This document shows, piece by piece, positions 1 to 14,665 of a stretch of DNA of 64,000 nt. This DNA is from Eledone cirrhosa. Lineage: Eukaryota. Each line of letters starts with the position of its first letter. Within the stretch, counting starts at the first letter, position 1. Position numbers and translations under genes: made by a program. The stretch is from contig OZ024749.1 of assembly GCA_964016885.1 (NCBI GenBank), positions 51,150,001 through 51,214,000 on the forward strand. The letters are read 5' to 3'. A model generated the notes under the pieces. It searched no databases, had not been told where the DNA came from, and saw nothing but the letters and a program-made list of their open reading frames with translations.

Positions 1-152
1 CTCTCACTCTCCCTATCTATCTATCTATCTCTCTATCCCTAAATCTCTCTCTATCTATCTATCTATATATATATATATATCTGTCTATCTATCTATCTAT
101 CTCCCTCTCTCTCTCTCTCTCTCTCTCCCTCGGCCCACACTCTCTCTATCTA

Positions 153-198
<46 letters not shown>

Positions 199-259
199 TA
201 TCTATCTATCTCCCTCTCTCTCTCTCTCTCTCTCCCTCGGCCCACACTCTCTCTATCTA

Positions 260-301
<42 letters not shown>

Positions 302-436
302 TATCTATCTATCTCCCTCTCTCTCTCTCTCTCTCTCCCTCGGCCCACACTCTCTCTCTATATATATATATCTATATATCTATCTCACTCTCTCTCTCGG
401 CCGACTCTCTCTCTCTATCTATCTATCTATCTATCT

Positions 437-478
<42 letters not shown>

Positions 479-480
479 CT
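1..480. repeat. Compound microsatellite: (CT)n, (TA)n, (CTAT)n, ending in (CTA)n, with a repeated ctcggcccacact unit
   Basis: Direct reading; cggcccacactctct recurs near 131, 238 and 341. Confidence 0.9.
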
Positions 481-576
481 CTTCAGACCACACTGGGCAC
501 AAGGACAATAATTTTAATTGATCATCAACAGAGGGTGTGTAAAGATCAGGATCAGCGCCATTTCCTCCAGACAAAA

Positions 577-673
577 TACATACATATATATATACATACA
601 TATATACATACATACATACACACATACATATATTCATACATATATATACATACACACATACATATATACAAAC

Positions 674-704
<31 letters not shown>

Positions 705-759
705 CACACATACATATATTCATACATATATATACATACACACATACATATATACAAAC

Positions 760-790
<31 letters not shown>

Positions 791-1093
791 CATATATACA
801 TACATATATACATACATATATACATACATATATATACATACATACATACATACATACATACATACATACATACACACATACATATATACAAACATATATA
901 TACATACATATATATACAATACATACATACATACATATATACATACATATATACATACATATATATACATACATACATACACACATACATATATACATAC
1001 ATACATATATTCATACATATATACATACACATACATACATACATACATACATACATACATACATACATACATACATACACACACGCATGCATG

Positions 1094-1124
<31 letters not shown>

Positions 1125-1595
1125 TCATTCATACATACATGTATGCATATACACATACAAACATACAGACATACATATATACATACATACACACATACAA
1201 ACATACATGCTTACATATATACATACATACACACATACAGACATACATACATACATACATACATACATGTATGCATACACACATACAAACATACAGACAT
1301 ACATATATACATACATACACACATACAAACATACATGCATACATGCATACATACATACATATATGTATGCATACACACATACAAACATACATACATACAT
1401 ACATACACACATACAAACATACATGCATACATATATACATACATACATACATACATGTATGCATACACACATACAAACATACATGCATACATATATACAT
1501 ACATGCATACATATATACATACATACATACATACATGTATGCATACACACATACAAACATACATGCATACATATATACATACATGCATACATACA
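577..1595. repeat. (TACA)n/(TA)n degenerate microsatellite array
   Basis: Direct reading; source of the spurious HIYT/MYVC ORFs. Confidence 0.95.
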
Positions 1596-1684
1596 AATAG
1601 ACCAACAGACATTTATGTGTAAATGGATCACGATGGTGATTCCAAATCAAATATACATTACTATAATCTAAAAACATCAACTAA

Positions 1685-1694
<10 letters not shown>

Positions 1695-1724
<30 letters not shown>

Positions 1725-2640
1725 TGATAAATAACCACACACACAGACTGACAAATAAACACACACACACACACTGACAAATAAAAACACCAACACACAC
1801 ACAGACTGACAAATAAACACACACACACAGACTGACAAATAAACACACACACACACAGACTGACCTGACAAATAAACACACACACACAGACTGACAAATA
1901 AACACACATACACACACAGACTGACAAATAAACACACACACACACACACACAAATAAACACACACACACACACACACAAATAAACACACACACACACATA
2001 CACACACATACGACAAATACACACACACAGACTGACAAATAAACACGCTGACATACACACACAACAAGCTCACGTATAGACACACACACAGGCACACATA
2101 CAACACGTTCACCTATACACACACACAGACACATTACTCACCCGTCTACACACACACACAACACGCTTGCATATAGACACACATACACACACACACAATA
2201 GGCTCACGTATAAACACACATACACACACACTACACGCCTACCTACACACCACACACACACACTGATACCCCCCACACACACACCACACCACCACACACA
2301 CAAACCACCACATACACACACACACACTACACGCCCGTCTACACACACACATAACACGCTCACGTATAAACACACACACACACACCTACACACCACACAC
2401 ACACTGAGGGCCCTCACACATCACACAGACTCACCACCACACCCCACACACCACCACACACCACCACACGCCCCACACACGACCACACCGCCTACACACC
2501 CCACCACACACACACACACCTACACACCACACACACACTGAGGGCCCCTACACATCACACAGACTCACCACAACACCCCCACACACACCCCACCACACAC
2601 ACACCACCACACCACACACCCCACCACACACCCCTACTCA
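1695..2640. repeat. CA-rich microsatellite/minisatellite with cagactgacaaataaa(ca)n units
   Basis: Unit recurs about 8 times in 1740-2045, followed by degenerate (CA)n/(CCA)n. Confidence 0.9.
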
Positions 2641-2890
2641 CCTCTGACCTCTTCTATTTTACCTATGTTCTAAAGTAAAGTTATAGCAACTATTCAGGAC
2701 CGAAAACCAATCACTTGCTCTGCCAAAGTCAATATAACTGGGAGGTCAATAGATTATATAAGCTTTCACAATAATGAATACCATTTTGTTTTTCATCGAT
2801 AGACACACTATTTCAATTCATCCATTAATCTGAGTCACCCCCTCCTTTTCTTTTTCTCTCTCTATCTCCCTCCCGCCTGATCTCACTTAG

Positions 2891-2953
<63 letters not shown>

Positions 2954-3274
2954 TAACTTTAAATTTATACCTAATTGTGTATGGTTGACGATATATTTAG
3001 TCGATTCCCACGTGCTGTTGAAATGTTGGGTAAATATTATATGGCGGTCGTCCGTGAAGAGGCTGCTGTCGTTTATTTATCAAATATTTCTTCATAGGAG
3101 CCTTTATTCTTATAGCCTGGTCTAATTGATTTTTGTGTGGTTAATTATGCTGATTGGGAGAGGAAACGGTGTATATATGTTATCAAATGATTCTATGGAC
3201 ATACTCCGAGATTTGAACTCACAACTTTACCATTACAAGCAGATCGTTCTAACTGCATACATACTTACATGATG

Positions 3275-4365
3275 ATGGCTGCCCCCTCGATATCGTGTAT
3301 GGCCATTGCATGATATATCATTATTAATAATTATTAATTAATTCTATCATGCAATGCCTGTGCGTGAAGATATTTTTTTTAAGTGAGGAAAGACTTTGCA
3401 CTGAGCCAATCCCACTCTCTGAGCGACAGTAGCTATAATCCGAAAAGAAGAAAAGATCAACATCATCGGTAACTACCGAGCCGCAGGTTTTATATCGCAG
3501 TTATCCCAGTTTCCTGAGTTGCCTTCTCCTAGAAGAATGCCCTGACAAAGGCTAGGGGTCCGTCACTCCCAGTGGTTTAACCGCGCGATCGGGTGTCCAG
3601 CCCGACTATTTCTATGTCCCCGCGCATATACATATACATGCACCCATGCATACACACATATACATATACACACACATGTACATGTGTATATACATATTTA
3701 CACACTTTTGGATGGCCGTTGACTCTTATGAGCTCTTCCGCCCTTTGTCAGGTTTTGTTTTTTGTTCTGCAGGGTGTCCAAAATCGCCCTCCTCACCAAG
3801 TAAACTTGGTGGGGTTGCCGGTTTAGTCGCCGACGACCCGACCATGCGACAGGTTGTATTGGGTTACATGTTACCAGTAGCACTCAAGAGTGACCCGACA
3901 TAGTTACATGCATACATACATACATACATACATACGTACATACATGGTGGCTGCCAACTCGTTTTCGAGTACGGCCACTACTTTATATCCATGTAGGAGA
4001 ACTCCTACCGATGCGCTGACGAGTGTGACTTTTTAGTCCAGCCAGCGACATGAAAACTCTGGTACAAACACTACACCTGTGACAATTATTGACACATAGT
4101 GCTGGGCCCATGGTACCATGTGACGACAAGTGCAGAGAGATCTCCAGATATAAGGCAATGCATGTGCCGTGAAGCTTTTATAGTGAGCAAAGGCACGGCA
4201 CAAAGCCAGTCCCTCTCTCTTAACCAAGATGATATTTACCAAAAAGAAGAACAAGTCAACATCATTGGATACCATCAGGGTTGCAGGTGTTATATCAGAG
4301 TTTTCCTTCTCCTAGAATTCTGCCTTGACAAAGGCCAAGGGGTCATCTCTCCCGGTTATTTTGGA
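3275..4365. mobile_element. Two diverged copies of a dispersed repeat (about 3275-3620 and 3945-4365) set in (TACA)n, possibly LINE UTR fragments
   Basis: Shared blocks aaaagaagaa..tcaacatcat.gg and ccttctcctagaa..tgcc.tgacaaaggc.aggggtc in both copies. Confidence 0.5.
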
Positions 4366-4565
4366 TGGCATACATACATACATACATACATACATACATA
4401 CATACATACATAGTATGAAGTATTATTTTATCGAATGCTTTTTCTCGAACCGCTATGTTAGGAGATAAGCTCATACAGAAACGTAAGCACAGGCAGACAC
4501 ACACGCGCGTGAGTGCGTGTGTGTTTGTGTGTATGTGTGTGTATCTGTGTATGTGTGTACGTCGA

Positions 4566-4603
<38 letters not shown>

Positions 4604-5041
4604 TGTCTGTGTCTGTGTCTGTGTGTGTGTGTGTGTGTGTTTGTGTCTGTGTAAGCATGTGTTCAGGCGCTCGTGTAGTTATGTCTGTATATATGTGTGT
4701 AAGGAGTGGCGGGGTGACAAACCTCTCACAAACATTTTTTCACCAAACGAAGCTGTTACAATTCAGCCAAAGTTTCATTAAACATAAGGGAAATAACTTC
4801 TCACTACTTATGTCTATTTACATCTGACATAAGCAAACTTTATCGAACAGTGATCCGCACAAGATGTGGCTTATCTTAAGGCAATTTTCAATATAGGCGT
4901 GCCATTCAGAAAGCCTTTCAGTTTTGTAGATATAATAAATTTTATATCTCTCTCTATATATATATATCCGTAGTGGTAGAGCACTTAGTCCATGGGACGA
5001 GTTTGGTAGAAGTAGTAACACAATAGTTAGTTCACCATACC

Positions 5042-5078
5042 GAGAACAATTGTTTCACCTTATGCGGATCTTCAGCTC
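5042..5078 (-). ncRNA. Minimal type I hammerhead ribozyme-like motif
   Basis: Minus strand reads gag-CTGAAGA-tcc gcataa ggt-GAA-acaattgt-T-ctc: 3-bp stem I, palindromic stem III, GUU cleavage triplet. Confidence 0.5.
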
Positions 5079-5130
5079 ATATATATATATATATATGAAA
5101 TCCATATATCACTCTAAACACTATTTCAAA

Positions 5131-5313
5131 ATAATTGTTTCTACTTTTGGCACAAGGCCAGCAATTATTCCAGTGCATTACTGGTACTTTATTTTATCGA
5201 CCCCGTAAGGATGAAATGCAAAGTTAACCTCGGCGGGATTTGAACTCAGATCGTAAAGGGCCGTAACTCTATGCTGCAAAGTTTGGCGTCCGACCCTCTA
5301 CCGATACTGCCAA
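5131..5313 (-). mobile_element. tRNA-derived SINE, family A (MetaSINE-like core)
   Basis: Reverse complement has tggcagtatcggtaga (A-box-like), gagttcaaatcc (B-box) and core gcctttcatccttacggggtcgataaaataaagtaccag. More than 15 copies in the window, e.g. 22351, 27420, 30923, 31600, 38447, 41265, 46735, 51525, 59532, 62615. Confidence 0.85.
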
Positions 5314-5916
5314 CAAAATAATAAACTTCATTTAAATATTACTTGTTTGGCTTATTGAAACTTTAAAATATCAGTTACTTCCCTTGCATATATTAGTTTT
5401 TTTTTACATAGGTTCCGTATCAGTTAGTTCCCTTGATGACATTGTTATCAGTACATATGTTAACAGCAAAAGAGATTAATCTGAGTGAATTGTTAACAAA
5501 TTTTTGTTACTTTAGAGCAGCGTTTCTCAACCTGTGTTGAGTTCCCAGGAACAAGTGATCGCTAGGAATTCCACGAGAAACATTGATAAATAAGCTAATG
5601 CATTATTGATTAATTTTTGTTAATACAATTCTATATAGCACGAGGCGAATCACAAATAAGAGCAGCAGCAACAAACTCCCTTTTGCATCAATTACCAACC
5701 AGGGAAGACTAGGTATAGAAAGTGTAGCATCGGTGGTAGTGCCCCCAGTATGGCCTCAGCCCCTCGGTGGAACGCACATAAATAAATAAATAAATCGAAA
5801 TTTGTGTATTGTAGGAAAATCCTTGAAACGACTCTTCAAAATATAACTCTACTAACCCAAGTATTGAGTACTCAGTTGTGTAATGGTCTAACCAGTTTCA
5901 AACTGAATCCATACTG

Positions 5917-5970
<54 letters not shown>

Positions 5971-6101
5971 AAAAGGCCTTGGGCGCACCGCTGATCGCTT
6001 TTAGATGTCCTGTATTAAGCGCCGAAACATCTTGATCTCGGTTTACAGCTGATGAAGGATTTCTTTTCTTCTCTTGTTTCGTCCATACTACCACCTTAAA
6101 C

Positions 6102-6193
<92 letters not shown>

Positions 6194-6327
6194 TAACTAA
6201 TTAAAATTTACACGCATACACACACACACAATGTATTTGCTATCTCAGTTATGAGATAAGAAATACATAGGGTTTCTTTTATGCAAACCATTAATTAATC
6301 CAAACACAAATCTCACAGTTTGTATGA

Positions 6328-7690
6328 TTGTTCAAATACTCGATAGAAAATGACCGCTTGACTATCACGCAACATGGCTTCCGCCCAGGAAGAAGCTGCC
6401 TTACACAGCTGCTACATCACTACGACTGGGTACTGAAACAACTACTAGACAGTTCACATGTGGACGCGATATATTTTGACTTTGCGAAGGCCTTTGACAA
6501 GGTCGACCACGGAATGATATGTCACAAACTACACGGACTCAGCATAACTGGAAAAGTAGGTAAGTGGCTGCATGACTTCCTAAAGGACAGAAGCCAGGTA
6601 GTCGCAGCAAATGGGGCCCTCTCAAAGGAAACACCAATAACAAGTGGGGTGCCCCAGGGGACAGTCCTGGGACCACTACTGTTTTTGGTGGCTCTCTCAG
6701 ATATGCCCTATGTAGTACATACAACAACATCCCTCACTAGCTATGCTGATGACACTAAGGTAGCACAGGCAATCAAAAACCTGGCTGACGCTGCCGTTTT
6801 ACAGCAGGATCTGGATGCCATATACAAATGGGTGGAAGAAAACAACATGCAATTTAATGCTAGCATATTCCAAACCCTACAATACAAACCTCCAAACAAA
6901 TCTGCAAACACAAATATAGTACAACACAACTACACAGGACCAGGAGGGACCAATATCCCTGTGTCAAAATCGATACGAGACCTGGGCATAGACATGAGCG
7001 ATGATGCATCTTTTTCTTCACACATTATGAGGACTTTCCGGACAAGAGATCGAGACACCATGTTGACACTATGGAGGACATTTGTCCTAAGCCGCCTGGA
7101 CTACTGCTCCCAGTTGTGGTTACCCCAAAGTGTCAAACTAACCACGGAGCTTGAGGCAATCCAGCGAAGCTACACCAAGAGGATTACCACGATGAAGGAG
7201 ACAAGCTACTGGGAGAGGCTAAAGGAACTGAACCTCTACTCCTTGGAACGAAGACGGGAGTGATACGCAGTGATCTACATGTGGAAAATCCTGGAGGGAC
7301 AAGCACCAAACTTTGGCATTGAGAGCTGGACCAACCGTCGAACAGGACGTCACTGTGTGGTGCCAAAGGTCCTGTCTTCCACATCTAGAATAAGGAGCAG
7401 GTATTACAATAGCCTGGGATTCAAGGGCACTCAACTCTTCAACAAGCTGCCAAGGGATCTGAGAGATTTGCATGACGTAGAGGTGGATGTCTTCAAGAAA
7501 TATCTCGACACCTTGTTATCCAGGATCCCGGATGAGCCCACAGCAAGGCACGAGGGAAACCTAAGGGCAGCAGCAACAAACTCCCTCTTACACCAGTGGC
7601 CAACCTATACAGGCTGGAGATAAAATGTGTAGCAACAAGGGCGGTGCCCCAGCATGGCCTCAGCCGGTTGGCTGAAACAGGTAAAAAAGA

Positions 7691-7691
<1 letters not shown>
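6328..7691 (+). mobile_element. 5'-truncated CR1-clade LINE: reverse transcriptase relic plus 3' UTR
   Basis: Motifs QHGFRPGRSCLTQLL, DFAKAFDKVDH, SGVPQGTVLGPLLF, YADD, LYSLERRR; in-frame TGA at 7261-7263; ORF resumes to 7623; 3' end ggctgaaacaggtaaaaaagag runs into (TA)n. Confidence 0.9.
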
Positions 7692-10103
<2,412 letters not shown>

Positions 10104-10412
10104 TTGGAGCTGGGCCCCAATCGAATTCTTTTCCTAACGATTGATAATAATAATTGTTACTAGTTTTGGGCAAAAGGCCAAAGATTATCCCAGTGCATTA
10201 CTGGTACTTTATTTTATCCACCCCGTAAGGATGAAAGGCAAAGTTAACCTCGGCGGGATTAATAATAATGATTTCTTTATTCGCCATCATCAACAGCAGT
10301 CAATTCTTGTACGACTGTTCAGAACGAAGTTAGCTGAACGCCGATGGCCAATGACGAAGCACGAACTCACAATCTTTTTCAATTGTGAACGCTTACGATT
10401 AATCATTCCTTT

Positions 10413-10445
<33 letters not shown>

Positions 10446-10816
10446 CACACACGGTGGCTCATTTTTAAAAAAAAAACAGAAACAAAGGAAAATGAAGTAA
10501 TTTTTTTAAATGAAAAAAAAACGAAAATGATTTTCTGAGATAGAGGAAACTACAAACACAAGTCTCAGGAGGAATTATTGATGAATGAGGAGGGGGGATG
10601 TGATTAATGAACACATCGAACTCCCTTATTGCCCCCAGAACTTAACAGTTATTTATTTTATCGACCCAAAAATCAATGAAAGACCAAGTCGACCTCGGCT
10701 TCAAACGTAAACGTAAAAGCAAAAAGAAGGAATAAAAAAATAAACCGTAACCAGTCAGGGTAAGTTATTTTGTCCGGCACTACACATTAACCAGAAATAA
10801 GGAAGATTGGTATATT

Positions 10817-11201
10817 CAGTGATGTAACTAGAGTGTGTGCCGCCTGGGGCAGCCCTTTAGTTTGTCGCCCCCTGGCCTCCAACAAAAGAATACATATTGC
10901 TCAGTGACTCACTCTTGAAGTTATATATATATATATGTGGTGTGTGTGTGTGTGTGTGTGTGTAAACTGGTGAGTACTTTATATCAGTTATAAACTTTTA
11001 AGGTTGTTGGAATCCCAACAAATTAAATATAACTTCTGCATATATATATATATATATATATATATTAACTAGTCTGTATACAATTATAACTTTATGCTGT
11101 AGCATTAAAAGAACGCTTATAGCTTACAGCAGGCCCGAAAGTGCCGCCCCATAAAAGTGTCGCTTGGGGAGGCGGACCGCTCCTTTGTAACTACGCTACT
11201 G
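10817..11201. mobile_element. hAT-type non-autonomous element (MITE)
   Basis: Termini cagtgatgtaacta...taactacgctactg; 8-bp flanks ggtatatt / ggtatatg (7/8 match, TSD-like). Confidence 0.7.
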
Positions 11202-11431
11202 GGTATATGAACTGTTGTTTTTACAGGGGCCATTTGTGGGGTGAGGGCGAAGGGAATTTATAAGGCACACTAAATAGGGGATACCAAGTGGAGCCTTATC
11301 CAAAATATCTGACTTGTTTATTTATTTATTATATTACGTATTCCCGCCGACAGCCTGAGACCAGTCTGGGGCAACGTCATTGATATATTTATAGTTGTTT
11401 TCTTGACCCTCCCTGAAAAAAGAGTTCTACT

Positions 11432-11600
11432 ATGGTAGATGATAATATTTGTTTGTCTGTCTGTCGTTGGGCGTTTCTTTCGCTGAAGCAAAGTTGTTGT
11501 GTGTGTAGGAGGGATATAGCTACTCAACCCCACTGCACCCAACTAAATCAGCATCATCACTGTCGTTATAAAGAGCAAAAACATCGACAACAAGAACAAG

Positions 11601-11634
<34 letters not shown>

Positions 11635-14600
11635 CAAACATCGACAACAAGAACAACAACAAGAACAACAACACAAACATCGACAACAAGAACAACAACA
11701 AAAACATCGACAACAAGAACAACAACAAGAACAACAACAACAACAACAACAAAAACATGGACAACAAGAACAAGACTGGTTGGGTAAGCATCAACAGCAT
11801 TGCAAACATCAACAACAGCTGCAGAAACATGACCTGCTTGCTCAACATTGTATGCAGCAACAATATAAGCTGCTAAAGCAACAACAACAACAACAAATGC
11901 AACTGCAACAACAACAACAACTGCAACAGCACCAACTGCGACAACAACAGCAAATGCGGCAGCAGCAACTGCAACAACAACGACTGCAACTGCGACGACA
12001 ACAACAAGTGCAACAGGAGCAGCAGCAACAACAAAGACAGCAACAAGTGCAGCGGAACTACCACCACCAACAAGAACAACAAAGAGAACAACAGCAGCAA
12101 CAAGTGCAGCAGCACCAACAACAACAACAACAAAGACAAGAACAGCAGCAACAAGTGCAGCAGCACCAACAACAACAAAGACAAGAACAGCAACAACAAG
12201 TGCAGCAGCACCAACAACAACAACAACAAAGACAAGAACAGCAGCAACAACAACAACAACAAAGACAAGAACAGCAGCAACAACAACAACAACAAAGAGA
12301 ACAACAGCAGCAACAAGTGCAGCACCAACAACAACAACAACAAAGACAAGAACAGGAGCAACAACAACAACAACAAAGACAAGAACAGCAGCAACAACAA
12401 GAACAACAAAGAGAACAACAGCAGCAACAAATGCAGCACCAACAACAACAACAACAAAGACAAGAACAGCAGCAACAACAAGAACAACAAAGACAACAAC
12501 AGCAACAACTAATGCAGCAGTACCAACAAAAACCACAACAGCAACAAAGACAAGAGCAGCTGCTAATAGAACAACAACAGCAACAACAGCAACAACAACA
12601 GCAACTACAAAGGCAACAACAGCAATTACAACAACAACAACAACAACTACAAAAGCAACTACAGCGAATAGAAAAGGAAATACTGAAACTGCAACCACAA
12701 AGAGAACAGCAAGAAAAACTACAACAAGAACAACAACAAAGAGAACAACAACAAGAACAACAACAAAGAGAACAACAACAGAGAGAACAACAACAAAGAG
12801 AACAACAACAGAGAGAACAACAACAGAGAGAACAACAACAAAGAGAACAACAACAAAGAGAACAACAACAGAGTGAACAACAACAAAGAGAACAACAGAG
12901 AGAACAACAACAAGAACAGCAACAACAAGAAAAAGAACAACAACAAAGAGAACAACAACAGAGAGAACAACAACAAAGAGAACAACAACAAAGAGAACAA
13001 CAACAAAGAGAACAACAACAGAGAGAACAACAACAGAGAGAACAACAACAGAGAGAACAACAACAAAGAGAACAACAACAAAGAGAACAACAACAGAGAG
13101 AACAACAACAAAGAGAACAACAACAAAGAGAACAACAACAAAGAGAACAACAACAGAGACAACAACAACAGAGAGAACAAAAACAAAGAGAACAACAACA
13201 AAGAGAACAACAACAAAGAGAACAACAACAGAGAGAACAACAACAAAGAGAACAACAACAAAGAGAAAAACAACAGAGAGAACAACAACAAAGAGAACAA
13301 CAACAAAGAGAAAAACAACAGAGAGAACAACAACAAAGAGAACAACAACAAAGAGAACAACAAAGAAAACAACAACAAAGAGAACAACAACAAAGAGAAC
13401 AACAACAAAGAGAACAACAACAAAGAGAACAACAACAAAGAAAACAACAACAAAGAGAACAACAACAAAGAGAACAACAACAGAGAGAACAACAACAAAG
13501 AGAACAACAGAGAGAACAACAACAAAGAGAACAACAGAGAGAACAACAACAAGAACAGCAACAACAAGAAAAAGAACAGCAACAACAACAACAACAACAA
13601 CAACAGCAGCAGCAGCAAGAAGAAAGTGAACAACAACAACAACAACAACAACAAAGTGAACAACAACAACAACAGCAAGAAGAAAGTGAACAACAACAAC
13701 AACAACAACAAGAAAGTGAACAACAACAACAGCAAGAAGAAAGTGAACAACAACAACAAGAAAGTGAACAACAACAACAACAAGAAAGTGAACAACAACA
13801 GCAAGAAGAAAGTGAACAAAAACAAAAACAACAACAAGAAAGTGAACAAAAACAAAAACAACAACAAGAAAGTGAACAACAACAGCAAGAAGAAAGTGAA
13901 CAACAACAAAAACAACAACAAGAAAGTGAACAAAAACAACAACAAGAAAGTGAACAACAACAAAAACAACAACAAGAAAGTGAACAAAAACAACAACAAC
14001 AACAAGAAAGTGAACAACAACAGCAAGAAGAAAGTGAACAACAACAAAAACAACAAGAAAGTGAACAAAAACAAAAACAACAAGAAAGTGAACAACAACA
14101 GCAACAAGAAAGTGAACAACAACAAAAACAACAACAAGAAAGTGAACAAAAACAAAAACAACAAGAAAGTGAACAAAAACAAAAACAACAACAAGAAAGT
14201 GAACAAAAACAAAAACAACAACAAGAAAGTGAACAACAACAAAAACAACAACAAAAAAGTGAACAAAAACAACAAGAAAGTGAACAACAACAAAAACAAC
14301 AACAAGAAAGTGAACAACAACAAAAACAACAAGAAAGTGAACAACAACAAAAACAACAACAAGAAAGTGAACAACAACAAAAACAACGACAAGAAAGTGA
14401 ACAACAACAAAAACAACAACAAGAAAGTGAACAACAACAAAAACAACAACAAGAAAGTGAACAAAAACAACAGCAAGAATTATACAATCAAAATCCGAGT
14501 GAATCAGTGATTAGTTCAAATATTCCCGTTTTCCACTTCAATGAGATCGATACACCATTATCTTACAAAGAACAGTTCAATAACAAATATACACCTGGAC

Positions 14601-14665
14601 ATAGCTCCTGTGAGACATCAGCAGTTTCCCGTGGCAAAACTATTAAGAGATCAGTATCAGTTTAA
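11432..14665 (+). CDS. Putative 1077-aa Gln/Glu/Arg-rich repetitive coiled-coil protein (trichohyalin/involucrin-like composition); true start or splicing uncertain
   Basis: One frame open for 3.2 kb, with non-repetitive N- and C-termini and protein-like islands (DWLGKHQQHCKH, LQRIEKEILKLQP); successive repeat blocks QQEQ, QQQRE, QESEQ. Confidence 0.45.

Noticed and set aside
194-2541. Many HIYT/VCVC/SLSL ORFs
   Set aside because: Microsatellite translation artefacts.
11520-14510. Poly-Cys, poly-Leu, poly-Val and poly-Asn ORFs
   Set aside because: Alternative-frame and antisense shadows of the CAA-rich repeat.
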